Below, piece after piece: positions 53,101 to 64,000 of a stretch of 64,000 nucleotides of DNA. A model generated the notes under the pieces. That model made no database searches. It was not told the origin of the DNA and saw nothing but the letters and a program-made list of their open reading frames with translations. The stretch lies in the NCBI RefSeq assembly GCF_008831285.2, contig NC_045138.2:41292001-41356000 (forward strand), in the 5' to 3' direction. Every line of letters begins with the position of its first letter. Within the stretch, counting starts at the first letter, position 1. The stretch is from Nymphaea colorata. Taxonomy: Eukaryota. A program made the position numbers and the translations under genes.

Positions 53101-56100
53101 CTTCTTGGACAATCGATGTAAAGAATGATGTTGTGATGTTTGATCTTGATTGTGCTGATTGAATTCCACAATTATGAGCATACCCTTATGTTTGAATGAA
53201 ATAAAAAATAAGGCAATGCTGTCCTTGTTCCTTTTCTCCATATTTGTTTCTTACCGCTTCTTTGTTCTGAATGAAATATTGATCAGGATTAAAGCTTACA
53301 CTGTTACAGAAAATTTGTTGTTCTTAGTCAATGAGTATCTAGCATGTCAGGAACAGGGAAGCTTCCTGCTTTTGGAACTGAAAATCGGACAATCAAGGTA
53401 AGGGCATTACAACTGTAGAATTGATCTACAGTGCAAAATAAACGTTTCCTTGAAGGCTTGTCAAGGAGATTGTTACCATATTTTGTGGAAACATTGGTAT
53501 GATGTCAATCAGTTCGAAAACCATTATCAGATGATATGTTTTGTTTTCGTATGCCATGTTATTTGATGTCATTGAAGTTGCAGATGATTCTCAAGCTCGT
53601 ATTAGTGTTGGATGTTTGAGCTTATACTAAAGGACTGTTATGAGCATGCATGTAAAGTAGTTATAAAATGTGGGTGACAAGCTTAGAAAAAGGAACAAGC
53701 TTGAGCAGAGGCACATCAACTCAACTAATTTTCACAAGGTTGAATTTTCATGGTGAAAAAGTGTATTTTTTAATTTTGCAAGTAGCTAATAGATGAATGA
53801 GCAGGAAATGCCAAGGTAACTGTGTGATTGTAAAACATGACATGGGAAAGCATTGGTGTGAAGAAATTCAATCTTTCATATGGCAATTATTGAAGTGCGG
53901 CAGAGAAAAAAAGAGGCTTTGGGTGAGCACCCACTAAAGTGAGGACCAGTGATTCATTGAAGCAAGTCTGAAGACTCTGAACACTGCATCAAGGCACCAC
54001 ATTCGCCTGTTGCTTCATGTGTAGGCCATGATGGGAGCATTTGAAAATCCTATCAAGCATTCATTGTGCACGTAGATGCACATCTATTTTCAATCGGAGC
54101 TGCTATTAGGTAGTTAGGAGCATGAATGGTGGGGGTTATCTACTTATCTTGGATATCTCATTCAGCGAAGGTCTTAATTAGCCAGCTTATCTCTTTTCTG
54201 GTTCTTTCTTTTAAAACCTGATTGGTTTGTGTATGAGTAGGGGTGGTTATTGGGTGGGCCAGCTTGGTTACTGGCCCATAGAAACCTGACCATCTGATAA
54301 TAGTAAAATTATGCCCAATTGGCTGACTTAGAATGATCAGGCTGGTTTGGGTCTGAATTTCTGTGTTTAGTTAGTTATTCTGGATTGGAGTGGATTCAGC
54401 TGGATTCAGAATATATATTTCATTTCCATTTTGACTTAATTTAGTAAAATATATAAAAGATAAACAAGTTATTAAAAAAAATGTATATTTAGAAGAAAAA
54501 TTAGGAAATATGTGTTAAAAAATTTTGTCTGGTTAGTTACTAAGTAGTGGATATCTTAAGTTTGTGAATTACAAAAGCAAAAAATGTCTTTATAGAACTC
54601 AGGCATTTGAAAAAGCTCGACACATAACCGAGCCCAGGTTGGTTAAAATCAATTTTGGCTAAATTTTATACCCAAGTTCAGCTAAAACAGATTAGGTATC
54701 TGATTGTATGACAGGAACTTGGCCCTATGCTCACTGAGAATTATTATTTAACCATCAACTGGAGAACAACCACTTAGTTTGATATCTGACCTGAAAAGCA
54801 AAGAACTTTTGTGTATACAAAAATACATAATCTGCTCGGTGGATTCAAATATATGCAAAAAAGATATGAGATTGAGTAGTCCTCTAAATAAGTTAAGGAG
54901 TCAAAGTCCACGGTTTTCCATTTGTATTTACTTAGCCCGTATCTTCTTTTTTTGTTGTGTTTATGTATTTGGTTTTGTATTGTAATAGATTTCATTAGTG
55001 AGGGCAGTCTGGTCTTTTATTGTTTATTCAGTCAATAAGTTAGCATCACAACCCTCATATTGAAGTTCTGTTATAAGCAGCAAAATGTTAAGTGCTGCTG
55101 TTCATATACTGAAGACCAGATGCGAATAACAGCAGATTAAGTCATTTTCTTAATTTGGTTTTGCAATATTCATCATATTGCTGGGAACTTGATGAGAAAA
55201 AAATCTTTGTTAGGTACATTAAAGGCTGGGTACATATGAATGGACCATATTTCACACCACTTTGAGTCCATTATAACTTTTTAGATTTGGGTTGAGAAAA
55301 AGTTTGGTATGGTTTCCTTTATGTTTGACTGAATAACTAGCTAAAATCTGGGTTAGACCTGATTATTATTTATGTGGGGGATGAGGGTCAGGTGCTGCCA
55401 CAAGTGGGCTCCCAATCCATCCCATTAACAGCCTTAGCTACTATTGTTGTCAATCCATGTAAAGTTACTCTAGGGTACCTGAACATTATCACTGGCGCTT
55501 TATGTGATGTTTTACCTTTTTATTTCCTTTCTATTTTCTCTTGGCTTCTTGTTTGGTTCTGACATTGTTTCTAGATGCAGTATTCATGTTCTTGCTCTGA
55601 TTTCAGGTAAGGAAGGGGCGTTCTGCAATTTCCCAGCAAGATATCATTGATGTTCTAGATAAGCAGTTGCTTGAGGGAAAAGGGGTATTACTTACAGAGG
55701 AAGAGCAGCAAAAATGTGAAGAGAGTGTAATGATCTGTGTCATATATCTTTATCTTATGGTTGTTCCTCTTGTTTCTGCAGCTATTAATTGGTATGGGCT
55801 GGTCAATGAAAACAGGTATCCTTTGACAAGAAGAGATTGCTGGCAGTTCATGAAGCTGGCCATGTACTGTTAGCTCACCTTTTCCCGAGGTATGATTGGC
55901 ATGCCTCTTCCCAGTTGCTGCCTGGTGGCCAGGTATTGAATTCATAACATGGTACTGTTTCTGCTTGCATGTCATTGTGTTAGAAATCTTATCTGGATGT
56001 TTTTTCTTCTTGTTTGATGCATCTACATTCTTGTTGTGCAACACTTGGCTTTCTTCTGATCCAGCTTATTGAATTCTTGGGAGCAGGAAAAATCCGAGTC

Positions 56101-59100
56101 ACTTTTCTACCCTAGGGAGGATATGATAGATCAAGGGTACACTACTTTCGGCTACATGAAAATGCAAATGATTGTGGCACATGGGGGCCGTTGTGCAGAA
56201 CAAATTGTTTTTGGTGATGTCACAGATTATGGTCAAGATGATCTTGAGAAAATCACAAAAGTATGTCAAAGACTCTGTTTGCCACCTTAAGTACCTCTAA
56301 TTTAGAAATTATAAGATTGCTTCCTGTTTATTTTCTTCACCTTTTCTTGGTTAGATTCTGATATAATGTCAACCACATAATATTTCTTACATTGTTTCTT
56401 CTTGAATTTCCATTGGTTTGCACTTGCTCTGTAAACTTAATGCACTGGATATTTCTAGAAGGAAATTCTTTTGTTGTTGTTTCTATTGGCTAAGTTGTTC
56501 TTGAGTTCATGTCCTCAAGTTGTGCCCTGTTATCTTTTTTCGATGTACTAGACTGCATCCTTTTACTGAATAGCATTCATTACTATAAATGACCATAAAC
56601 ACCAAATATGCATTAATAAACCATCTGTCAGTAGCATAACTATTTCACTAATCATTTTTTAAATCTAAATCTTAGACTTGTCCTGATACTCAAATCAAGT
56701 ATAGTAGATGTTTATGTTTTACTCCTCAACCAACTGAAGACATATAAAAAAACCAAAGCACTCTAATTATGGAGGGCTGAAATATTGTCATATGCAAAAA
56801 AGAAGGCTTTATATGGTTAAAAGCTCCTTGGCTGTAACCGAAGATACACCTATGGCATGGTACAAGGATGTGCACAGGTAACGTAGTTTGCCATGGAAGA
56901 CATTAAAACAAGGATAGAAAAGAGTCTTGATGAAGGCAAATGTTACCTTCCTATCAAGGCAAGCAGTGTTGATTCTTCTATTCACTCGTGGGGATCTTGG
57001 GGGACTCATGGAGGGAGGGGAGGACCATATCTCCTCTCTTCTGGAGAATCTATACATCCCATCAATCAGCTGTTTGATACTCAAATGTCACATATGGAAG
57101 TGATATTTGATTTTCTAAAAGTTCTCAAACATGATGGCAACCCGTACAATGTGACCCTACCTTGGACCGCACCCTAGCCATACCCCCTGGTCAGGCAACG
57201 GACACCTAGGCACTGCATAACCAAACTAGGTCAGTCAGACTCTACCATGCACTGCATAACCAAACTAGGCCAGAATGAATGCATCCATCCAAGCTATTAG
57301 TGCCCTGCTAGCCAAACATTGAGCACATATGATAACAAATGATATAGGTTCTAGGAGGAGGTTGTGTGCAGTGCAGCCACGCTACACTTGATGTTACGTA
57401 TGCCAAGCTCAACTCAAGCCTGCAGGGGCTAGTTATTGCAACAGGCTTGAGACTAGGTGTGGACCTGGGTTGGACTGACCAGGGTTGCACTGACCAGGGT
57501 TGCACTCCCTAGGATACCCCTACAACATCAAGGAATTGATTAGAGCCACATTGAATGACAACCGACAGAACAAGCCTTGATCTGCATTATCCGTGCTCCA
57601 CAAGCAGGCCGCACCACACAGAAACACCAATGCCTAATGTCTCAAAACTCACCGAGTTCAACTTGTCGAGTCAGCTCGACTTGGCCCCCTACTGTAATTA
57701 ACAAGGTGATTGGTTATCAACTGCTTAATTATTTAATTTTTGATGAAATATTTTAATTTATTGGAACATAAAATTTTAGAAATATTGTTCATTTAAGTTT
57801 GAAGATCACAAACAAAAAGTTAAAGCTGATTAGGCTTAACTCCAGGTATAGCTATCTATTTATTTCAATGTTTAGAGAATTGGGCTCTTTACCTTTGGAC
57901 TAGTTTTAGATAATATATACATACATGTTGAGTTGGATAGCTTTTGGATAGTTGTAAATATTGAACATATTGAATTTAATGCTTGTTGTTGAGTTGTTTT
58001 ACATTGATATATTGATACTTGCTACTCAGGGTTGCACTAGTTGCTTAATATCCATTTTCTTGTTATCGCATGTGACAGCCACCGCCTATCTTCACTTGCT
58101 CATGCTCAGATAAAACAGAACTCATGCACACAAATCACAACCCTAATTCCCAATTAGGATAAAACTCTCAGTCTAATGAAGGACACGAGACCAATTTCAT
58201 TCGTTAACCATGAACTATCGGTATCACCACCCATATTTATATGATGATTACATGTATAAGTGGGGTGGCCCAAACTCGCATATCGGTTGGATCCAAACCA
58301 AATGCTTATTATTCTCCTAACTCATGTATTTACAGTTTTTATGGCTTTCCCCTTCAGCCCGTTGCTATGAACGTGACTAAATATAATTAGGTATTAGTTT
58401 ATGTTTGGTTGACTTATTTCTGAGTTATACATGTATCAAGTCATTCCACAACCTTTTTATGTTTAAATTTGATTTCTTAAAAGAAAAAATGGTTAATATA
58501 AAGAGGAGGTTGCTGCATCAGCATTTTGTCTTTCATATTCATCGAAATAGGTGCAATAAGGGCGGCCCACATGTTACATAAAAAGGAGATCTCTGAAATG
58601 GGAATGTGTTTGAAGTTTGAACTAGAAGTTAATTATCCATAGTCACAAATAACGTCTCGGAGTTTTAAATGGCGAGGTTTTTCTCTAGTATAATACGGCA
58701 AGATTGAAAAAAAATGGGAAAATATGGTAAATTTTTAAAAATTTAAAAAAACTAAATATAAAGGGAAAATAAAATAAGTGAGAAACTAATAACACAACAA
58801 ACATCAAAAGATAAGTAGATTTGCAACAAATAAAAATAGAAAATGAAAAAAAAAACTGTTTGACATTAAAAAAAATGAAAAAACTAAAAAAAACACGAAA
58901 ATTAACTTTTTTTTTTAAAAAAGCGCGTTTTTTTTAAGTTTTAAATGGCTAGTTAATTTATCACTTTTTTTCACGTTTTTTTTTTAAAAACACGTTTTCT
59001 GTGACTATGAATTTATCTTAAATTTCTATATGATGATGAAGGAATATTTACAGGGCAGAGACTTTTTTTGGGAGGTGGATGTGGGGGCACTATTGTTCAA

Positions 59101-62100
59101 TAACAATGTTTGACAAGGAGCTAAATGGTGTTTCTGCAAAAGCTTGTATGTCAAATTTTAAAATTTTGTGGGGGCCTGACCCTCTTGTATCTGCATAGAT
59201 GCTATTAATGATCTTAATGATTCTACATGTGGCTTGTCGCCTTCAAATCTTTAGGTAACATTTGATACGCTGGAAATCTACTGTAGCAGAGGGAATTTAT
59301 TTCAAATTTTAAAATTTTTTTTCAGTTTATCAAACAAGGAAAAAAATTTTGGACCGTTGGAGCTGAAAACGGAAATATATTTCCGAAAAATTTTTTCCAG
59401 CTGAGAGCCGGAAAAATTTTTCCAGAAATTTTTTTTTTGACCGTTGCCTTCTTCCTCCCTTGCTCGTTCTTCCTCCCCCTCCCTTCTTCCTCCCTCGTTC
59501 CCTTCTTCCTTCCTCCGCCTCCCTTCCTCCTCCCTCACTCCCTTCTTCCTTCCTCAGCCTCCCTTCTTCCTCCCTCGCTCGCCTTCTTCCTCCTTCGTTC
59601 CCAGCAGGATCGCGTTAAGATCCTGCTGCTGGAAGTTGCAGTCGCCTGACAGATCTCTTGAAGAATAGGGTTCGTCGTCCTCGCTCAAATGGATACCCAA
59701 ACAGCAACAAATTTGATCAACAGTAAACCCAAGCGGAAATGAACATTAGGGAGTGGTTTAACGTATCACCAGAGGGGGTATTTGCCCCAATTTTCAGTGC
59801 GAAATTGGGGATGCCTCGAGGCTCTTCAAGTTTTCCGGTGTCTATGCAGCAAAAGGGGGTGCGCAGGAACAGGGATGACTCGCAGCATTTTAATAATTCC
59901 ATCCTTCATCCATTGCTGCTGAAAATCGGCCTGAAACTCGCCCTCAAGATGGTGATTGGACGCCCAAAGTCTTAGGTTCAACTGAGATCCACATAAGAAG
60001 CGCGTTGAGGATCAAACTCTCTGTCGCGCGCTGGTGGTTCCTGAAACAGAGTGGCGGAGTTCTGCCGTCCCGCAGCCGCACCTGTCGGAATTTCTTCCGA
60101 AGCCGATTCCGACGCCGTCCGTGGTCGGATTGCTCTGAAAATTGAACAGGAAGCTCCTCTCCTCTGGACGATCCTTCTACAAGTGGCTGATCATCCAGAA
60201 AATCCACCGATCATCCCGATTTTGGCTCTAATCAGACAATTCCCAAATTGATATTGCAAACAGAGTTCTAGCGTGAAAACCCGATCAATCCTCCTTCGAA
60301 TCGCCTCTTCCTACCTTGATCCTCAATGCCGAACGTTGGAAACGATGATTGATTTCTCGTTTCCATAGGATTGGTGCGTCCCTTCTTCCTCCATCGTTCC
60401 CTTCTTCCTCCCTCCCTCCCTTCTTCCTTCCTTCTTCCTCTAAACCTGAAATATATTTCTTTTTTATCAAACTAAGAAATAAATTTCTGGAAATTTATTT
60501 CAGTCATCAATTTCCAGCAATATGTTTCCAATTCCAAATTTCCATTGCATCAAATGCTACCTTGGAGATTGAAGACATATGCATCATTTGTGTTGCTTGT
60601 TTAGATTGTGTGTACGTTTGAGCTATTTTTTGATTTTTGGTTGCTTTGTGTTTGAATCTATAGTCTTATGAAAGGGAAAATGTTGTAGTGATTTGATGTT
60701 TCTATAATATATACTAGCCATAGCGTAGGTGGTCTGTCTATAGACCAGGTTATTGATCTTCACAATCTAAGCGGATAACATTTTGACAAATGTATGGTCT
60801 TGCTTTTTCCCTAAGATTATTTTTTCTCTATTTTGTGTAGCTGACATCTAAAATTTTCTTCTTCGTTCTGCTCAATGTTAATTCTGTTGCTGAATGTTGG
60901 TAAATAATGGTGCAGTGATAATTTTGAGTATTTCAGGAACCTATTTTGAGTTAGCTAATGCCTGAAGGTGTTGATCATTTCGAATTTTCTTGGCAGATTG
61001 CTAGAGAGATGGTTATCAGCCCTAGAAATACAAAGCTGGGACTTGTACAATTAACAAAGCGGTTTCATATTACTGATCGGCCTGATAGCCATGATGGTCA
61101 GCTTGTAAAGTATAGGGTATCTATCTACTCCTTCTCAGTTCAAGATTTGTTGTTCTTTTGTTTACCGCATGTCTATAACATTATATTATGCCCATTATTC
61201 TGATTTCACTAACCACTATTTTGTTCTTTTCAATTTTTGACTTTGTGATGTTGAAGTGGGATGACCCTCATGTGGTTCCTGTTGATATGACCTATGAATT
61301 GTCTGAGCTATTCACACGTGAATTGACTAGGGTAACTTTTTTCTTCACTTTCCTTTCTATTCCTCCATGTTGGCATTTACATTTTCCTTTTGTAGAATTA
61401 TGGAACTTTTGTGTAGTATATCCATGTACATGTACTGATACATGTAAAATACAGGTGTTTGTATACTTTGCCCCTTTATTTTTAAAATTTAATTATCTTA
61501 TTTGCACAAGATAAAGCTTAATGAGGTTTTCTCTCATTGACTTTTGTTATAAACTTGGAAGATGTGGAGCAGCCTCTGGTCATCTATGATGTTTTTGTCT
61601 TTATTATGGTAAAATATAGGCTGGTTGATGTCAGATTCTTCAGATGTGTTAACCCTTGATTGTGATTTCATGGAGTGTTGGTCGGTGGAGTCAGAATCCC
61701 ATCAAAGGCTTTCTCTCCCCAAACAACTTTGGCAGTCTATGTCACATAGGTACGGGTACGGGTACTGACCATTTTAAAAAAACTTGGGTGTGGAGGTACG
61801 GCCGTATATATATATAAACAATAAGAAATACTTAGAATATATATATCAAAACAAAGAATATACATCAACATAAACAAATAAATAACATAGAAAATATATA
61901 TCAACGGCTCTTGCAGCAGTGTGTTTTAGAAACCTATGAAAAACTTTAAACATATGGACAACCAAGCAACCCCTTAATCAAATATGAACATCAATCGAAT
62001 TTTCACATCCAAAGAAGAATAAAAAATAAGGTGGAAAAAATTAAATCAAAGTAAAATTAAGCAGTTTGGATCTATAGGTACCCAAGTGTCAAAGTACCCA

Positions 62101-63260
62101 TTTTGGGTACGGGTACGGCGACACGGGTACGTGGACCTTATTGAAGTACCCATGTGACTTAGTTGGCAGTATATGTTCATCCCATGCTTCATCAAACGTA
62201 GAGGAACATGTGTGGCACCTAATGACCTGCTTAAATTCCTTTGTTTTAGAACTATGAGTGGTCATCATATGGGATTTTAGTGACAAGAGGCTGGTGAAAC
62301 ATTGAGGTTGAAGCCGATGAATCACAAGCAAAAGTGCCAAGAATACATTGGATCCTAATATCCGTGGTTATAAACTGTGCACTGAAAAATCATTGAATTG
62401 TTAGGGTGATACCCTCGCATCCCATTGTTTTCTTTGATCGGACTCTTTCCACCAGCTTGACAATGGATAAGGTCCTTGTGGTTTAAGAGCCTGAATTTAT
62501 ACACAATTCAGAAACCTTTTCCATGTGTTGGTTAGGTACCTAGCATTTGCTATAACAGAGCAATTTTCACATTTTGAGTTCCAGTCCTTGAAGAGGCAAT
62601 CTTAGAAAAGAGTGATGGTCGCAGATGACTACCTAATGATGTTGAATGGACCATGGTGGAGATCTATCATCTATGTTAAGGGTCTAAGTTCTAACACTAC
62701 CCATAAGAGTTAGTATTTAGTTAGTTTTCTAATGACCAACACATAATTGTATTAGGTAATCTTACACTTGCAAGGTCCAATATAGGTGTGCTTCCATGCA
62801 CATCTCTGTTAGTACATATATATACACATGTAAATAGCAACACTGTAAGAACCTTTTGATTTCTTCTGTTATGTTTTGCTATTTTGGCAGTTGTCACTGT
62901 CGTCATCTTCTATATGTCCCAATAAAGGATTCAAAGCTACACAGTTGTCTTTTTGGAGTTAGCAAGGATGCTGTTCCGTGAGAAATTGTTTGTGGGTTTT
63001 TTGCTTGGTCAGTTGGGACATGAATGTTTACTGTATTAATAGCTATCCTGCAGACTGCTGATCATTTAACCTTGCAGTTCAATGATTTTTCTTCTTGCTT
63101 CAATTGTGTATTTTGCATGTAATGTTGAAAACAGTCTTGTTGATTGTGACAGTATGTTGACGAGACAGAAGAAATGGCTATGAGCGGCCTGAAGAAGAAC
63201 CAGCATATTCTGGACAGAATTGCAAAGGAATTGCTGGAAAGATCAAAGCTTACTGGACTG
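41149..63260 (+). CDS. FTSH12: ATP-dependent zinc metalloprotease FtsH12, chloroplastic (3' exons lie beyond the window)
   Basis: 17 exons seen: 41149-41589, 43425-43609, 46114-46337, 48295-48572, 48776-48853, 48958-49200, 49299-49439, 49570-49737, 50799-50911, 51997-52213, 52734-52805, 55607-55726, 55816-55932, 56087-56260, 60997-61116, 61257-61331, 63153-63260. Ser/Arg-rich transit peptide, Walker A GPPGTGKT, Walker B FIDEID, SRH RPGRIDRR, HEAGH (55849-55863). FtsH12-specific MKEGFPLEYVVDIPLDP and GYTTFGYMKMQM. Confidence 0.95.
43800..44876. repeat. Old intronic direct duplication (43800-44450 vs 44594-44876)
   Basis: Shared GGCTAAAAGATTTATA, GTCCTATCCAATAA, TAATTTTAATCA and TGAACTTATT. 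Only the first copy carries the MITE. Confidence 0.8.
43907..44274 (+). mobile_element. hAT-type MITE with 8-bp TSD
   Basis: TIRs CATCGTCACA / TGTGACTCTG, TSD GTTCTATC / GTCCTATC. Homologous to 58638-59009. Confidence 0.85.
45130..45790 (-). mobile_element. Possible Ty3/gypsy gag/pol remnant
   Basis: TKGFCYTCNIK resembles the gag KGLCYxCDEK knuckle, and VSRILEKY resembles the pre-RT linker. Many stops. Confidence 0.3.
47005..47543. mobile_element. hAT-type MITE (CTATGTCACA TIR) hosting a solo LTR
   Basis: CTATGTCACA .. TGTGACATGG, flanked on both sides by CCATCAA. Same TIR family as 61737-62162. Confidence 0.75.
47042..47231 (+). mobile_element. Solo LTR of the TRIM family
   Basis: 190 bp, reverse-complement homologous to 38381-38570, with a perfect 5-bp TSD CCAGT on both sides. 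Confidence 0.9.
53960..54130 (+). mobile_element. Degenerate Ty3/gypsy RNase H fragment
   Basis: AFIVHVDAHLFSIGAAIR resembles PFxVxTDASxxAIGAVL. Confidence 0.4.
56770..56950 (+). mobile_element. Degenerate LTR-retrotransposon pol fragment
   Basis: KKALYG*K..(A)PW resembles the copia RT motif LKKALYGLKQAPRAW. Confidence 0.35.
58061..58321 (-). mobile_element. Possible solo LTR
   Basis: Minus strand runs GTTAGGAG..TGGGCC..ATATAAATA..GATAACA, an LTR-like layout. No TSD found. Confidence 0.3.
58638..59009 (+). mobile_element. hAT-type MITE
   Basis: Perfect TIRs CATAGTCACA / TGTGACTATG. Flanks TAATTATC / AATTTATC (6/8). Homologous to 43907-44274. Confidence 0.85.
59254..60561. mobile_element. 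Non-autonomous PIF/Harbinger-type element, 1.3 kb
   Basis: TIRs GGTAACATTTGAT / ATCAAATGCTACC, flanked by TTA and TTG. AT-rich subterminal regions, CTTCTTCCT repeats and a GC-rich interior. Confidence 0.75.
61737..62162. mobile_element. hAT-type MITE with perfect 8-bp TSD
   Basis: TIRs CTATGTCACAT / ATGTGACTTAG, GGGTAC sub-repeats, TSD TTGGCAGT on both sides. Confidence 0.9.
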
Positions 63261-64000
63261 GTACTTCCAGTGCCTTTTTTCTTCACAAGTTGTGTTCTTA
63301 TTTCGAGAACTACTGAGGCATCCAGTATCCAGGACTTGTACACTTTAAACATGGAAAATATGAGTCTGTCGTTTTTCCTACAATATGAAATTCTTGCCTG
63401 CAAGTTCTCATAGATTGGGTTTGAATCTTGCCTGACATGGATATTTTGTGTTTCTTGTTAATTTCCCTGCCATTGTAAGCACATTTTAGGTGAATTAACA
63501 TAGATGGGGTTAAAAGCAGGTTTGAATCACAAAAGATCAAGTTTAAACAATGAACTTGATAACTAAACATAAGAATAATTTACTCACAAGTCAACGGAGG
63601 CATAACTTAAGAAAAATGAGGTTTTTATTAAGGGTAGAACTAAAATGCTCACAGAAGCATTAGGCAAGATGAGGAAACCCCTCGTATATATATATACAAC
63701 TCAGTTCTCGTGAAAGGTCAAAATTGACCAGTAACTGAGATACATGGTCAAGTAAAAATAAAATAAAACAAAATAATACAGAAGATAAAATGAAAACTAA
63801 ATTACATATTTAACCTGCATACAAAACATATTTACATGATCTACATATATACAAAACATCTATGTTCATGCAGCAATATCTATACATGTGTATTAGCAAT
63901 GTATTTAATAATAACTAATAGCGTAATGGTGTTTTTACTTTATTTTCTTACACCTCAGATAAATTGAAATACATGGTTATTTAGCGATGATTTGTTGTTG

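Noticed and set aside
59302..59668. Glu/Arg-rich and Ser/Pro-rich ORFs
   Set aside because: Translations of CTT/CCT simple repeats inside a transposon.
41149..63260. FtsH12 as a truncated pseudogene or an inactive FtsHi
   Set aside because: All exons join in frame and HEAGH is intact; the gene simply continues past the window edge.

Overview
Plant (angiosperm) nuclear DNA: AT-rich, long GT-AG introns, many small transposons. The species cannot be fixed from sequence alone. Four spliced protein genes were reconstructed by hand with frame-consistent splice sites. (1) FY, the WDR33/Pfs2-type 3'-end-processing and flowering-time factor: minus strand, 17 coding exons, 8178-24058, about 765 aa. 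(2) A SINA/SINAT RING E3 ligase, DIS1/SINAT2-like: minus, 28032-30155, 307 aa. (3) F-box protein SKIP5: minus, 34095-37377, 264 aa. (4) Chloroplast FtsH12: plus, from 41149, running off the right edge. Also present: an intact tRNA-Lys(CTT), a TRIM mini-retrotransposon plus a solo LTR of the same family, several hAT-type MITEs with target-site duplications, a 1.3-kb PIF/Harbinger-type element and decayed gypsy/copia/LINE fragments. The most interesting unexplained items are a candidate spliced micropeptide gene (47 aa, 5217-5360) convergent with FY, with a repeat-array promoter and a hairpin in its putative intron; degeneration of both FCA-binding PPLPP motifs in FY, alongside candidate alternative terminal exons and a duplicated 3'-end region; and a perfect 31-bp inverted repeat upstream of SKIP5. 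All coordinates were read manually and no database searches or folding programs were run.
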